Below, piece after piece: positions 11,435 through 24,971 of a DNA stretch of 64,000 nt (positions within the stretch are counted from its first letter, which is position 1; each line of letters starts with the position of its first letter). The notes below the pieces were generated by a model. The model searched no databases. It was not told the DNA's origin and worked only from the letters and a program-made list of their open reading frames with translations. A program made the position numbers and the translations under genes. Source of the stretch: Negaprion brevirostris (Eukaryota); the NCBI GenBank assembly GCA_030324005.1, contig JARDVH010000042.1:103126955-103190954 (forward strand). The letters run 5' to 3'.

Positions 11435-11913
11435 TAACTGGGACCTCTCCTGTATCACCAACACCACCACCGCCCCCCTCCCCCAGCCCCCCCCTCCCCC
11501 ACTCCCTGCTGGGAATCAGAAAGGGAGTCTGGGACCCTCTACCTGTACCCTGCCTGGGATCTTTCTCGATTATGGTGTAAAGTTAAATCAGATATTGTAA
11601 CACGTTCAAAAAGGCCATAAGCTTGGGTGATGTGGGAAATTGGACTGGGGCTAGCACATTCTCATGAAAAAATAAGGATGGACTTTTTTTTCACATCTGA
11701 GAATGTTTTGGCTAACATGGTTACAAAAAAAAATCCAGACAAACTGTAGTTCCTTCATGAGATGCAAACAAAATCAAGTTCGTGCATTTAGTAAAAGTGC
11801 AAAGGTAAGAAATCAGTTTTATATATACATATATATCCCATGTCTATAATATGTATGTACACAAGCTATTGCCCACTCTTGTTCAACCACTTCCTCTCAC
11901 TGTCTACTCCTAG

Positions 11914-12110
11914 ATTCCTTTGACCTGAAGCACATGAAAGATTTGCACATCAATTATGTTCAGTCTCGACATCAGCAGATTGAACCAACAGTAGATCAGT
12001 TCATGCTGTATGTTACTGATGGGGAGCATCAGTCCATGGAGGTGCCATTTTATGTTATAATCCAACCTACAAATGATGAGATTCCAAATTTCCTTGCCAG
12101 GAATATCACT
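11914..12110 (+). CDS. FREM1: FREM1 coding exon 5
   Basis: ctcctag|AT and ACT|gtaagt; [36 protein letters not shown]...[15 protein letters not shown]; 197 nt, phase 1 to 0. Confidence 0.94.
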
Positions 12111-12544
12111 GTAAGTAGATGAACACAATACCAGCTTTGCATGAAAAGGATTGTTGCCACAGTGTTAAGGAGTATGTAGGAGAGGATTTGTTCAATCATT
12201 TAGCATAATGATAGACTGGTCAGTTCGTAAGTGAAAATATGATCAAGGCAGATCGGTCCTAGATTAATTTGCTACCAATAATTCAGTTCCAACTAGGTTA
12301 GATTATATGCTCAAGTGAAAAACAGACCTCTTTATTGACAGTGTCTTCTCACAAATACACATGCTGACAGTATTGTTCCATAGGTAGCAGAAACCCTCTT
12401 GTATTTGATCCAAGTTTGGCCTGTATCCTTTGGAAATGGGCAGCTCAGTCTTGTATCAGAGAGTAAAATGCAAAAAATTCAAAACAGGGACCCGATCTAA
12501 CCCAAACATAACCCCACATAATCTAAATTACTTTCCAGCATTGT

Positions 12545-13405
12545 ATGTGGGCAAGGAGGATTAGGGGTAATTTATTAACTTGGTTAGGGGACTGGCTAGC
12601 TGATAGAAAACAGAGAGTTGGGATATACTGGTCTTTTTCTGGTTGGCAAGATGTAACTAGTGGGGTGTCACAGGGTTCGGTCCTCGGGTCCCAAGTATTT
12701 ACAATCTCTATTAATGAGTTGGAAGGGGGGATAGAAGGTGCTATAGTCAAATTTGCAAATGACATTAAATTAAGTGGCATAGTCAGCTGCGATAATGAAA
12801 TAAGCAATTTACATATAGGTTAGGTGAGTGGGCCAAAATTTGGCAGATGGAGTTTAATATGGATAAGTGTGAGGTTATCTATTTTGATTAGAAAAATAGA
12901 AAGGCAACTTATTATCTAAATGGAGAGAAACTTCAGAGTGCATTAGCGCACGGGGTTTGGTCCTTGTGCATGAAAATTGGTATGCAGATAATGAAGAAGG
13001 CAAATGGCGTTGTGGCATTTATTACCAAAGGAATGGAATATAAAAATAGGAATGTTTTTCTGCAATTGTGTAAGGCATTAGTGAAACCGCACCTGGAGTA
13101 CTGTGCACAGTTTGGTCCCCTTACTTGAGGAGGGATGTACTTGCATTGGAGGTAGTTCAGAGAAGGTTCACGAGATTGATTCGAGAAGTGAAGGGTTTGT
13201 CTTGTGAAAAGACGTTGAGTAGTTTAGGCCTAAACTTTCTAGAGTTTAGAAGAATGAGGGGAGATTTAATTGAGCTATATAAGATGCTAAAGGGGATTGA
13301 CAGTATAGATATAGAGAGGATGTTTCCTCTTGTGGGGCAATCTAAAATGAGAGGTCATAGTTTTAGAATAAAGGAAGCAGATTTAAAACAGAAATGAAGA
13401 GAAAC
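12545..13405 (+). mobile_element. CR1 LINE ORF2 (RT) fragment, decayed
   Basis: WLADRKQRVGI...VTSGVSQGSVLG...KFANDIKL and LEVVQRRFTRLI...RRMRGDLIELYK CR1 motifs, with frameshifts. Confidence 0.9.
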
Positions 13406-13574
13406 CACCCCACACAACCAGTAGAGCCCATCTATATGCATCAAACTACCCCCACTGACCACCTCCTCCGTTCATCACCTGCTTCTCTGAGCACCATTTG
13501 GATCTCACCCAACACCATGAAGGTATACACATTTCCCTCAGAATCACTTGGAACTCCTCTGAACCTACTTACAG

Positions 13575-14690
13575 CCAGAAACAGGAGAATTTATAAGGGG
13601 GAACAAAGAATAAGCTTTGGTTCTGTCTTCACAATGGAGGACACAAATAACATATCAGAAATGTTGGGGAATACAAGGTTTAATGAGAGGGAGGAACTGA
13701 AGGAAATCAATATTAGTATAGAAATAATGTGGGGAAATTGATGGGATTGAAGGTTGATAAATCCCCAGAACCTGATAATCTACACCCCAGGGTATTTAAG
13801 GATGCATTGGCAGTGGTTGTCCAAGCTTCAAATAGCTTTGGAACAGTCCTTACGGATTGGAGGGTATCTAATGTAATCTCACCTTTAAAATGGAAGGTAG
13901 AGAGAAAACGGGGAATTGTAGACCAGGTAGCTTGACATTGGTAGTGGGGAACATTCTAGAACCCATTATCAAAGATTGTATAGCAAGAGTACTTATTAAA
14001 TAGTGATAGAATCGGACAGAGTTGACATGGATTTACAAAAGGGAAATCACGCTTGATAAACCTACTGGAATTCTTTGATGATGTAATTAGTAGCATTCAT
14101 TGTGGGGAGCCAGTGGATGTGGTTTATTCGGATTTTCAGAAGGCTTTTGACAAAAATCCTTCATGGAAGATGAACGTATAAAATTAAAGCTCAAGGGATT
14201 GGGGTAGTGTATTGAGATGAATAGAAAACTGGTTGGCAGACAGGAAATCAAGTGTCAGAATAAATGGATCTTTTTCCAGATGGCAGGCAGTGACTAGTTG
14301 TGTACCGCAGGGATCAGTCCAAGGAGTCCTGCTATTCATGATAAATAAATGATTTAGATGAAGGCACTAAATGTAATAGCTCCAAATTTGCAGATGACAC
14401 AAAGCTGGACGGGAGGGTAAGCTGTGAGGAGAATGCAGAGATCCTTCAGTGGGCAAATAAATGACAGATGTAATATAATTTGGATAAATGTGAGCTTATC
14501 CACTTTAGTAGCAAAAACAGGGAGACAGATTAACACCTGAATGGCTAAACGTTAAGAGAGAGGAATGTGCAACGAGACCTGGGTGTCCTTATAGACCAGT
14601 TGCTGAAGTATGCAGGTGCAGCAGGCAATAAAGAGGCAAAAAGTTTATTGGCCAAATGGCCTACTCCTGCTCCCATTTTCTATGTTTCCA
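13575..14690 (+). mobile_element. CR1 LINE ORF2 fragment with 3' tail
   Basis: LKVDKSPEPDNLHPRVFK, DFQKAFDK and KFADDTK-type motifs; ends with the gccaaatggcctactcctgctccc tail. Confidence 0.9.
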
Positions 14691-15787
14691 TGTCTGCCCC
14701 TCCACCCTGCCCTGTTGATCCTTACAATCAGTTGGACATTAAGGAAATTTGTTCTCTCAGAAGGCACTCTTTTTCAAGTGCCCCTGCAAAACTATTGATC
14801 ACAATACTGCCTGCTGCACCTGCATGTTTACCTTCAGCAACTGGTATACAAGGACACCCAGGTCTTGCATACAGCAAAGACCTTGCCTCCACGTTAAAAT
14901 ACATTCCTGAGTGTCAGAAAGTTAGTCAACTTTGAAGGGCAGAGTGAAAATGTCTGATTTTATCCACATTCACGTCTTGTGCACATTTCAGGGGCTGGAA
15001 GGTAATTGTCATTGCTGATTTAGAGCCCAGGCCAATGTCCACCATCATGCTCGCCAGTCCAAGGATAGTGAGGACAATAAACTGTCAGGTACCATACTGG
15101 AGCTTAATGTGGTCTTCCTCATTGTCGCTTTCATGATTTATCCTCATGAGTGTTAAACCCAGTTTCATTGCTAAATAATATAAATGGAGTAAAATTGCTA
15201 CTTAGGCCCCTCTGATGGACCTAGTGTATATGATGGGATCTCAGCAGCAACAACTGTTAAGCTGACAGAGTGGGATGGTCAACAGTTTCCTACAGTAGAT
15301 CTGGCACAGCTTTATTTAATAGTCAAATCGTTGTTAGAGAGAAGTTTNNNNNNNNNNNNNNNNNNNNNNNNNNNNNNNNNNNNNNNNNNNNNNNNNNNNN
15401 NNNNNNNNNNNNNNNNNNNNAGAGGGTCATTGCTTTTTAACTGGTCTGCGCAACATCGTGGGCCGAAGGGCCTGTTCTGCGCTGTAGTGTTCTATGTTCT
15501 ATGTTCTATGTTTAATCTGTGCCAGAACATGGTGTAATCTGTGCCAGATTTTTAATATGTGTTCCCAGTGGATGAGTTCATGAAGTCAGAACATTACACC
15601 TGTTCAGACTGACTCAAATTTTAATTTTCAGCTTAATGATTATTTTCTGTTGCTCCATTCCACGTTTCATGATGCTTCCCCTGTTTTGTGTCCTGATGTA
15701 GGATCACGTACAGCTCAAACTTTGAGCAAAAGCATGGCTGAAGCTCGTATCATAGTAGATATGTTATTTGTGCCAGGAGTTTCATAT

Positions 15788-18337
15788 TGTAATAAATCAA
15801 GAGTGACTCAATGACATTTAAGTAGCAAAAGTCTTTATTGCCAATTAATAAATAAGTATTTACAATAAATGAGTCAGACCAAAAAACTATGTGACTGTAC
15901 AACGCTCCTCCCAGGTTTCAACTGAAGGATCTTCCCCAATTCAGAATCTGTGCCCTTACACTTGATTCACTCAGCTTCCCGTCTCAACACTCCATAGGGT
16001 CTTGCCTAATCATGTGACCTTTAGGAAACACCCCCTTAAAGACCCCATACTACCACAATCCTTCCTCCATTCCCCCAACTCCTGAAATCACCTAAGGAGG
16101 AAACAAAAAGAAAACACCATTAACATAAGCAACAACTTTTATAGGAATATCAGGAATATCCCAAGACAGCTTGTTATAAGCAACTTCAGAATTCTGGTAG
16201 AACATCTCAACTCTGAGCTAGGCTCATCAACCCAGGGTTGAGATCTTCTTCGTACCTGCTGTATTCTTATTTAAGAAACCACTGGTTGCTCCTGTTCCAC
16301 ATTTACAATTGAAAACCTTGTAACCAATCCTGATGGCTCCAAATTTATTGCTATAGTCACCTATTTGATCCCTTGTCTCAGACAATGCTTCCCTCCTCAG
16401 TTGGTCCACATGTTTCTGGACAACTTTGTATCCCCCTATGACATTGGAGATTGGTTCTATTCTTTCCACTATCTTACCAGCCACCCATGCCAGCCCTGCT
16501 GTGAAATTTCTGATGTGGAGATGCCGGCGTTGAACTGGGGTACATATAGTAAGAAGTTTCACAACACCAGGTTAAAGTCCAATTGGTTTATTTGATAGCA
16601 AAATCCAGAAGCTTTCGGAGTGTTGCCCCTTCATCAGGTGAGTGGGAGTTCTATTCACAAACAGGGCATATAAAGACACAAACTCAAGTTTTCAAAATAA
16701 TAAAACTCCAATCATTATTTTGTAACCTAGTATTGTGAGACTTCTTACTGTGTGAAATTTCTGACCATGACTAAATCCCCAACTTGGAAACTCTATAGTT
16801 TGACTTTTGATTTGAGCTTTTCTTTCTGAGAAGCTGACCTAATCTCCACCCTGCCTGCCAAATCTGGAAATATGATATCTTTACACGGTGTCCCATTAGT
16901 AGCTCTGCTGATGAAATCCCCATGGCTACATTTGGTGTGGTGTTGTAAGACAATAGGAAGCTGTTTATACACAAGGGTAGCGGCCTATTGACTTATTTCT
17001 TCATTGAAGCCTTGAAAGTTTGCCAACTTATCTGAGGTTGGGTGGTAATGTACTGACCAAACATGATGATTGCCATTTGATTTTGCAAATCTTTGAAACT
17101 CCTCTGCTGTGAATGATCATAGAATCCCTACAGCGCAGAAGGCGGCCATTCAGCCTATCGAGTCTGCATTGACCACAATCCCACCCAGGCCCTATCCCAA
17201 ATGTATGGAGTTGTGGCCACTCATCTAAGTAAAACATTGGCCACTAATCTAAGTAAAACCTGGCCCATTAATGGTCCTGCAATGTTGATATGTATTCTCG
17301 CCCGGAGTCGCCCTGGACACTTCCAAGGATTCATACTAGCTGGCAGCAGAAGGCCTGTTGAGCCTTACAACTAAGGTATTGATTAAGCATTCTTTCTGTT
17401 TATTTATCGATACCCAGCCACCAAACGTAACTTCTGGCTCATAATTTCATCTTGCTTTGTCCCGGATGTGGGTCATGAAATTCTTGCAACAAAATTTATC
17501 TCCCTTAGGGTAGGAAAATAACCTGAGTCCCCAGGCCAATACCCAAAATTCACAGGTTATCTCCAACCTCCTTTGTTGATGGGGTTTAAACAGCCACCCT
17601 TGCTTCATCATTATCTTAACTTTCAAAAACACTGGATCTCTTTTCTGTTCACATCCTTATGTGTTTATCTAAGACCGGCAAGGTCTCTATCACATGCAGT
17701 GCCAGCACTATATCTTGTGAGACCAACAGTGATGCCACTGTCTGTGGCAATCTGCTGAGCTCATTTGCATTTGATCTGTTTCCCTGGGTGATGCTGGAAA
17801 GTATAAAGGTATGCAGTAAATTAGAGAGCCAACCTCTGCACCCTTATTGAACTTTTTGGAGATACTGGCTTCTCTGAATAAGCCCAGTCATGGCTTGTGG
17901 TCCAAAACTATTGTGAAATGCTGACCATAAATGTACTGATGAAACTTTTTGACGGCATTTATGATCCCCCAGGCTTTCTTTATCAATCTGGTAATACCTA
18001 TTTTCTGTGTCTGATAATGTTCTATGTGCAAAGGTCAAAATTGCTCCCACTCCATACAGTGATGTGTCCCATTCTTATCACTAATATAATAAATCGAGGG
18101 TGACTTGATGAGGCTTAAGTAACAAAAGGCCTTATTGTCAACGAATAAATAAGTAATTACACCAGTAAGTTCAGACAGAATAATGATGTGACTATACACC
18201 GCTTCTTCCTGGTTCTAATTGAGCATCCTCCCAACCTGCGATATGTGCCCTCGCACTCAATTAGCTCAGCTTCCTACCTCAGCACTTCATAGAGTCTAGT
18301 CCAATCATATGACCCTTAAAGGGGCTATGTTACTACA
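15788..18337 (-). mobile_element. Degenerate, internally deleted Gypsy LTR retrotransposon
   Basis: Diverged direct-repeat LTRs at 15788-16057 and 18085-18337; PPT complement at about 16058-16070; integrase motif FLLSYNTTP...SSAELLMG (16771-16974, -). Confidence 0.8.
16514..16750 (-). mobile_element. Penelope-like fragment nested in the Gypsy element, with hammerhead-like core
   Basis: Same family as 6225-6413; 14-bp direct repeat tgtgaaatttctga at 16500-16513 and 16751-16764; minus strand reads cacCTGATGAaggggcaacactccGAAAgctt. Confidence 0.7.
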
Positions 18338-18599
18338 CTCTGTCTAAATCAGCCTGTTTCTGATTGGTGCATAAGACATATTCAAAAAGATATCGGAATC
18401 TGTTTAACTTTTGGATAACAGTAGCTGGCGGTCAAAAGGACCATGTGATTTAAAGGCCTCAACTGCACTTAATTTCTGTAGACAAACAAAAAAGGTAAGT
18501 TCTCTTCAAAACTGAATCAGGGCAGCCACCAACAGAATGAGTTGTTTGGAGAAGATCATGTTTACAGAGAGTGGGAACGTTGGGGTGGCAACAGCCCAG

Positions 18600-18900
18600 A
18601 TTATTATTTTGGTCCCATTTTTGGGACCAAAACATAATGTCATATTTATCTTCAGCATGACTCCATAGTACTGTTGTTGCAAGCTGTGATCAATTATGAA
18701 CTAAAATGGAAATATGGCCCAATTTACATCTGGAGCAAGTTTTACATTAAGCATCAGTCCTTTTGCATGATTCTAACCAGGTGGGAAGGTGCAAAAGCAT
18801 CTGAGACTGTAATGTTGCAGGTGAGAATTCAGAGTGGTTGCATGTTAGCCCCAACAGTAATCCTTTGTAGATATTTGTGACAACAATTTGTAGTGCTACG
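18600..18900 (+). mobile_element. Possible ancient RTE-type LINE RT remnant
   Basis: QVRIQSGCMLAPTVI resembles the RT motif GVRQGCVLAPTLF; otherwise highly decayed. Confidence 0.35.
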
Positions 18901-21234
18901 AATCAGTGGATTCTGGATTGATTTTTGCCTTAATTACAGTAACGATTTGTGGCTTTCGAATAGAATTGGACTATTTTGATAGGAGTCAATCCACAACTTA
19001 AGCAGAAAGATTGATTTCCAGCAACACTACTATGAATTACTACTATTAATAATTAAAGGTGACAACACTATCAATTACTATTGAAGGTAATTACAAAGCA
19101 AAACACTGAGAAAAGTACTAAGATCTAAGCAGCAAAAAATTTCACATATCAATGCACCTGCAGCAAATTCAGACCCCAGTCAGGCCTCCCACTGTCAAAG
19201 AACAAAGAAAAGAGCAAGAAAAATTACAGCACAGGAACAAGCCCTTCGGTCCTCCAAGCCTGCACCGATCATGCTGCCCAACTGAACTAAAACCCCCTAC
19301 CCTTCCCCAGGTACTGATTGCTGTGATACTTCACTCAATACATCTATATTCTAAGAATTCACTGCTCCTTATNNNNNNNNNNNNNNNNNNNNNNNNNNNN
19401 NNNNNNNNNNNNNNNNNNNNNNNNNNNNNNNNNNNNNNNNNNNNNNNNNNNNNNNNNNNNNNNNNNNNNNNNTGTTTGACATAATTCAGTTTTTACTGTT
19501 GCGCCTTATGCACAGATATTTTATTACCACATCCCAAATGGCACCTTGAGGATATGGAACAGTAACAAATATGTTTATTTATTTTTTTCAATAAATACAT
19601 TTCAAAAATCTATTTATTTTGCCCCTTCATATTCAATATGGTCAAATCCTGATCAAGGCACAAAGCAAGGGGACATTTATTATGCACCTGAACTGGAGTC
19701 TACCTCCTGGCTGGTCTGACTGCAGCTACTTTGCAATGGTTTGTCTTATTTCAACTGCCCAAACTAAATATATATTTTTTGGGGGGGTGCAGGGGCAGTT
19801 ATATAGCGCTTCTAGTGAGAAGTCCCAAAGTGCTTTACAGGAACACTGGCCAGAATTCTCTGACAACGCCTGTGGCTAGGTTTCTCCGGTCCCACTGTAG
19901 TGTATGAAACTTTGGATGAGTCCCAAATTCTCAGTTCTCACTGGCATCGGTGGTGAGGGTGAATGAAATCAGAGAATCCTGGCCACAATCAAACAAATAT
20001 TGACACCAAGTTAAAGAAGGAGATATTGGCACACGTGGTCAAAAGCCTGAAGACAGAGGTGCATTTTTTAGGATAAGAGAAAATCTGGTGTCTAGGGCCC
20101 TGGATGAATGAAGGAGCTTGGCCCCCAGTAGTAGAAGAGGGGACTATGCAAAAGGGGCCAGAATTGGAGGGATACAAAGCTCTCAATGGGCTGAATAGTC
20201 AAATCCTGTTCTAATATCTTATGGTCTTAGGAGGTTATGGTTGTAGGACTGGGTGAGACTCCAAGAATTTGGGGCTACTGGGGAGGTGTGGGGAGGGTGG
20301 AATTTAAATGCATAGAGGGATTTGAACTGAGCATTTTAAATTCAAGGGGTGTGATTTTATCACCACACTCCCTCTGCAGCAAGGTTGGAAAATTTGGCAC
20401 TCAGCCAAATCTCCATTCACTGCAGCGGGACTGAAGAATCCCAGCCATGGATAAGGTGGGAGAATCCCAGCTATAGTGTGGGTCAGAACCTCCAACATTG
20501 GAGTCCCAATCCAAAATGCAAAATCCTGCCCTTCATTTCCATTTCTAACGAATACCTCATTCAATGCTGATGCCTTCGACAGACCAGACTCCATTTGTCA
20601 CTGCCAGTGAATAAGGGTCAGGCCCCAGTGAGCACTGTGTCCAGTTTAAGTCTCTTCACATGTTTGGGTGACATTGAAACTTTGGAAAGAGCATCAAACA
20701 GGTCCATGGCATTCATTTTTAGTATAAAGAATCTGAGTTACCCAGAAAGGGTATTTGGCCCTTTGGTGGACTTAGTGCTGATTTGCTTGAGGATTAGAAA
20801 ATAACGAAGGCACAAGGTTGGGCTTTCTTGAAATTCCTTCAACTGAATAGGTTTGGGAGCAGTGGGAGACACGTTCTCACTTTATGGAAGGGTCGGAAGT
20901 TGGATAGATGACCAAAGGTGCTTCTTTTTCCAAAGCGGATTTGAGAAACAGGCTTCCAGTTCACATAACGGATGCAGATCCACTGAAACCTTTCCTTGTT
21001 GCAAAAATATACTTTTCCATAAAATATCTAAAAACAATACAAACATTTCAAAATGACAATCACACAAAGTACAATAACAGTCAGTTTCTAGGCATACATC
21101 AGATTGTATTCTGAGGTGCTTCAATACACTCAAAGAAACGTTATAGATAATTGAACTTGGTCATAACCAATGGTACAAAAGTATTGAAGCTCTCTACATA
21201 GATCATGTTGCACTTTGAGGTGCTCAAAGTTAAT

Positions 21235-21595
21235 TGTGATCTATATAATATTCACTGTATACATCCAGTGTGTCTTTTACAGCCTGAGGGGATTCTCTCC
21301 AATTCCTCGCACTGGAAGTCCAGCAACTTTGGGCAAATTAAGGAGCCTCTTTCACTGAGCTGATGATTCTCCAGCAATAGCTGATGTTTGAGTTTCTGTG
21401 CATTCCTGGGAACAGCCTATACAGCACAGAGTCCTGCGTCATGGAGCTACTCTGGATAAAACTCAACAAAACCCACCTCATCTCCTTCCAGACCTTATCT
21501 GCAAAAGCACATTCCACAAGGGTGTAGACAAATATTTTTTTCCAACTGCAGCTGCCTCGGAAGCAATGTGCAGATGGGGTGAGAATCTGGACATG
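21235..21595 (-). mobile_element. L1/Tx1-type LINE ORF2 C-terminal fragment
   Basis: CFRGSC...LVECAFADKVWKEM...QDSVLYRLFPG...CWRIISSVKEA, resembling a zinc-knuckle-adjacent C-terminal region. Confidence 0.65.
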
Positions 21596-21599
21596 TAGG

Positions 21600-21925
21600 A
21601 AGGATTTTGTTTTGGGCATTGCTAGCTAGGCCAGCATTTGTTGCTCAGCCTTGAACTGAGTGGCTCATTAGGCCATTGCAGAGGGCATTGTAAGCATCAA
21701 CCACATTACTGTGAGTCTGAAGTCACATGTTGGTCAGACGGGATAAGGTGGACAGACTAGTGAACCAGATGGGTTTTTACCACAGTTGACACCAGTTCTA
21801 TGGTTATCATTAGACTTTTAATTCCAGATTTTTATTAAATTCAAATTTCACCATCGGCTTTGGTGGAATTCAAATCTAGGTGACCAGAGCATTACCCTGG
21901 AACTCTGAATTATTAGTCCAGTGAC
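21600..21925 (-). mobile_element. tRNA-derived SINE with LINE-derived tail
   Basis: Reverse complement of the family at 29931-30295 and 57190-57324 (ggactaataattcagag...gaaatttgaattt). Confidence 0.6.
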
Positions 21926-21949
21926 AAGTTGGCAAAAAAAGGTAAGTAA

Positions 21950-23025
21950 AGTTAAAACACTTGGGATTGCAGGTAATGTCTTGAGATGGATAGAAAGCTG
22001 GTTAGCAAAGAATTGGCATAAATGGGTCTTTTTCTGGTTGGCAGTCAGTGACTAGTGGGGTTCCACAGGGATCTGTGCCTGGACCCCAACTGTTCATATT
22101 ATATATTAATGATTTGAAAGAGGGAACTAATCTCCAGCCAGATTTGCAGATGATTCAAAGTTGAGTTGGAGGGTGAGCTGTGAGGAGGATGCAGAGTATG
22201 ATCTGGAAGGCTGAGTGCATGGGCATATGCATGGCAGATGCCGTATAATGTGGATAAATGAGATTATCCACTTTGGTATCAATAATAGGAAGACAGGTTA
22301 TTACTTGAATGGGTGCAAATTGAGAGAGGTGGATACTCAGCGAGACTTTGGTGCTTTGTACATGAATTGCTGAAAGTAAGCATGCAGGAACAGCAGGCAG
22401 TAAAGAAGGCAAATGATATGTTGGCCTTCACGGCAAGAGGATTTGAGTGTAGGGATAGGGATGTTTTACTGCATTTGTATAGGGCATTGGTGAGGCTGTA
22501 CCTGGAGTATTGTGTGCAGTTCTGGTGTCCTTATCTGAGGAAGGATGTCCTTGCTGTAGAGGGAGCACAGTGAATGTTTACCAGGCTGATTCCGGGGATG
22601 GCAGATATGTCATTCGAGGAGAGACTAAGTTCATTATGATTATATTCACTGGAGTTCAGATGAGTGAGAGTGACCTCATTGAAACTTACAAAATTTTAAC
22701 AGGATTGAACAGGATAGATTCAGAAAGAATGTTTCTGATGGTGGGGGAGTCCAGAACAAGGTGTCATAGAACAAAGAACATAGTTTGGAGATAAAAGGGT
22801 AAACCATTTAGGGCTGCGGTAGGAGAAATTTCTTCACCAGCAATATGTTAAATTTGCTACCATAGAAGCAGTTGAGACCAAAACATTTTATGATTTCAAG
22901 AAGAAATTAGATATGGCTATTGGTGCTGAAGGGATTGGGGGAAAGGTGGGATCAGGATATTGAAAATAAATGTTGGAGCAGGTTTGAAGGGCTGAATGGC
23001 CTACTCCTGCTTCTAGCTTTTATGT
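21950..23025 (+). mobile_element. CR1 LINE ORF2 fragment with 3' tail
   Basis: AVKKANDMLAF...LYRALVRLYLEYCVQFWCPYLRKDVLA and DLIETYKILTG motifs; 3' tail present. Confidence 0.9.
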
Positions 23026-23180
23026 CCTGGTGTCCTCCTCTCATACTCTCCTCTAGCTGCTGCTGATTGTCTGTCTGTCCTAGTGTCCTCCTTTGCACTT
23101 CCCTTTAAGTGCTGCTGACTGTCTGTGCCTGTGTCCCAGTGTCCTTTTTTTCGAACTCTCCTCTCTGGGTGCTGCTGTCA
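23025..23180. repeat. Degenerate tandem repeat, about 53 bp x 3
   Basis: gtcct(g/a)gtgtcctcct...tgctgctga(t/c)tgtctgt unit recurs three times. Confidence 0.6.
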
Positions 23181-23645
23181 TAAAATTGCTGCCATAAAAA
23201 TGATGATTGTTATTGTATGTGGCAGTAGGTTACTTAAATTTGAAATTTTAACTCTCCTGCTCCTCTCCTCCAGCTTCTGCTGTCCTTCATGGGAGGTTAA
23301 TAATGTGTGTTTTTCATATGCTTTATAATGCTTTGTTTTATCTACTGTGGGCTGGATTCTTTGACCTCACTCGCGGATTCTCCTGTGCCACTGCATCTAA
23401 CAGAGATTTGGCTGAGCACCAGCTTCCCAGTCCTCACTGGCAGTGGTGGTGGAGCATGAACAGCTGGGTATTCCAGCCCAAGTCTCCAGCTTTTTCCCCT
23501 TTTACAGATAAACTGTACATGGGCGCCCAGAGGTACAGGTGGAAATTGGGCTGCAAGTATCCCTAACAACTATATAAATCCGTGTAAAAAGAGAGGGTGA
23601 TGACCTAATGGGACAGCTTTTAAAAAATTATGTTGTTTTATCCAG

Positions 23646-23865
23646 GTATCTGAAGGTCAAATGCGTGAATTGGATCCATCAATAATCAATGTGGTAGACC
23701 TCGATGTACCACCAGATGTCCTGATGTTCACAATAAGCCAGCAACCAACCCATGGAATGATCATGAATGGAATGAATGGGAACAATGCTGTTCAGCACAA
23801 ATGGCTAATCCACAATGATGACAAACACATTGTGCACGACTTCACAATGGATCAACTGAAGAACG
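23646..23865 (+). CDS. FREM1: FREM1 coding exon 6
   Basis: tatccag|GTA and G|gtaatc; VSEGQMRELDPSIINVVDLDVPPD...HDFTMDQLKN; 220 nt, phase 0 to 1. Confidence 0.94.
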
Positions 23866-24494
23866 GTAATCAGAAATGCAATGTTATAGAATGGAAAGGA
23901 ATAATGTGTGAAAATAAAAAGTAGATGCCATGAGCCCTATATTAATTTGGAGGCGGGGAGGGTGAAAATGATGTGGAGAAGCTTTACCTGTATGTTAGCA
24001 AGGATGAGGGCCATGAATTATAGACAGAGGTTGCAACAGCTAGAGCCGGTCACTTTAGAATAGGAAAGGTTGTGGTGGCCAATTGTTCACAGTTTGAAAT
24101 AAAATGCCAACTGACTGCCACCCCTTCCCCACACCCCCCCATCTCCACCCCCACCCCCCACTCCACCTGAAGACCATGCCAATTGCCCCCCACCTGTAAA
24201 AGTGGAATCGCCACTTTTTAATCACATGGAATCACCATCAATTACCTCCTCAATAAGCTTAATTGGTGATTTAATTGCCAGTGGGCACACTTCAGACTCC
24301 CACACGCTCTTGCTAACCATAACGTTGTGTGTCAGTGTAATAACACTGGGACATGCGCCCAATGTTTTCTTGCACGATTTCACATGCTCCTGCTTGATCC
24401 ATCTAAAATTTTGGCTGTAATATTACAATCTGTGTTTGTTCTTTCTGGAGGAATATGTTAATTTCCTTTCTTGTCCCCCACTCTCCTTTTGCAG

Positions 24495-24639
24495 GAATGA
24501 AGTTGATGTATATGCATGATGACTCTGAGACTGTGACAGACAGTTTCACCATCCAGCTGTCAGATGGTAAACATCAAGTCTGCAAAGTCATTTCAGTCAC
24601 AATTCTTCCCTTGAATGATGAACAACCTTTACTGAGCAG
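24495..24639 (+). CDS. FREM1: FREM1 coding exon 7
   Basis: ttttgcag|GA and AG|gtatgt; GMKLMYMHDDSETVTDSFTIQLSDGKH...PLNDEQPLLS; 145 nt, phase 1 to 2. Confidence 0.94.
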
Positions 24640-24971
24640 GTATGTTTTCCTAAGCTTCAACAGAAAGCTTCACAATTCCACTCGTCACCACTTGGGCCCC
24701 AAGTGATTTATCACAAAGTTGGCTGGACAAATGTATTTTAATTAAATTAATACAGAGGATTCAGTTTTCTGTTCTGAAAATTATTTTGTATACCGTTATT
24801 TATCTTATTCTGGATGCAAATAATTTTTGTAATCGCATTTTGGTTTTACTGTAAACAAGAAGGTCCTGCCAGCGTTGCAATTTGATTTGTCTGCGGTTGT
24901 GATTTATAAACCCAATATTCACATGCATATTCACAACTGTCATTTCATGTTTGTAGTGATATAAATTCACA

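Noticed and set aside
11219-11580. Repetitive ORFs (REKREGN)n and (FLYSLLS)n
   Set aside because: These are translations of a 21-bp minisatellite with no splice or homology support.
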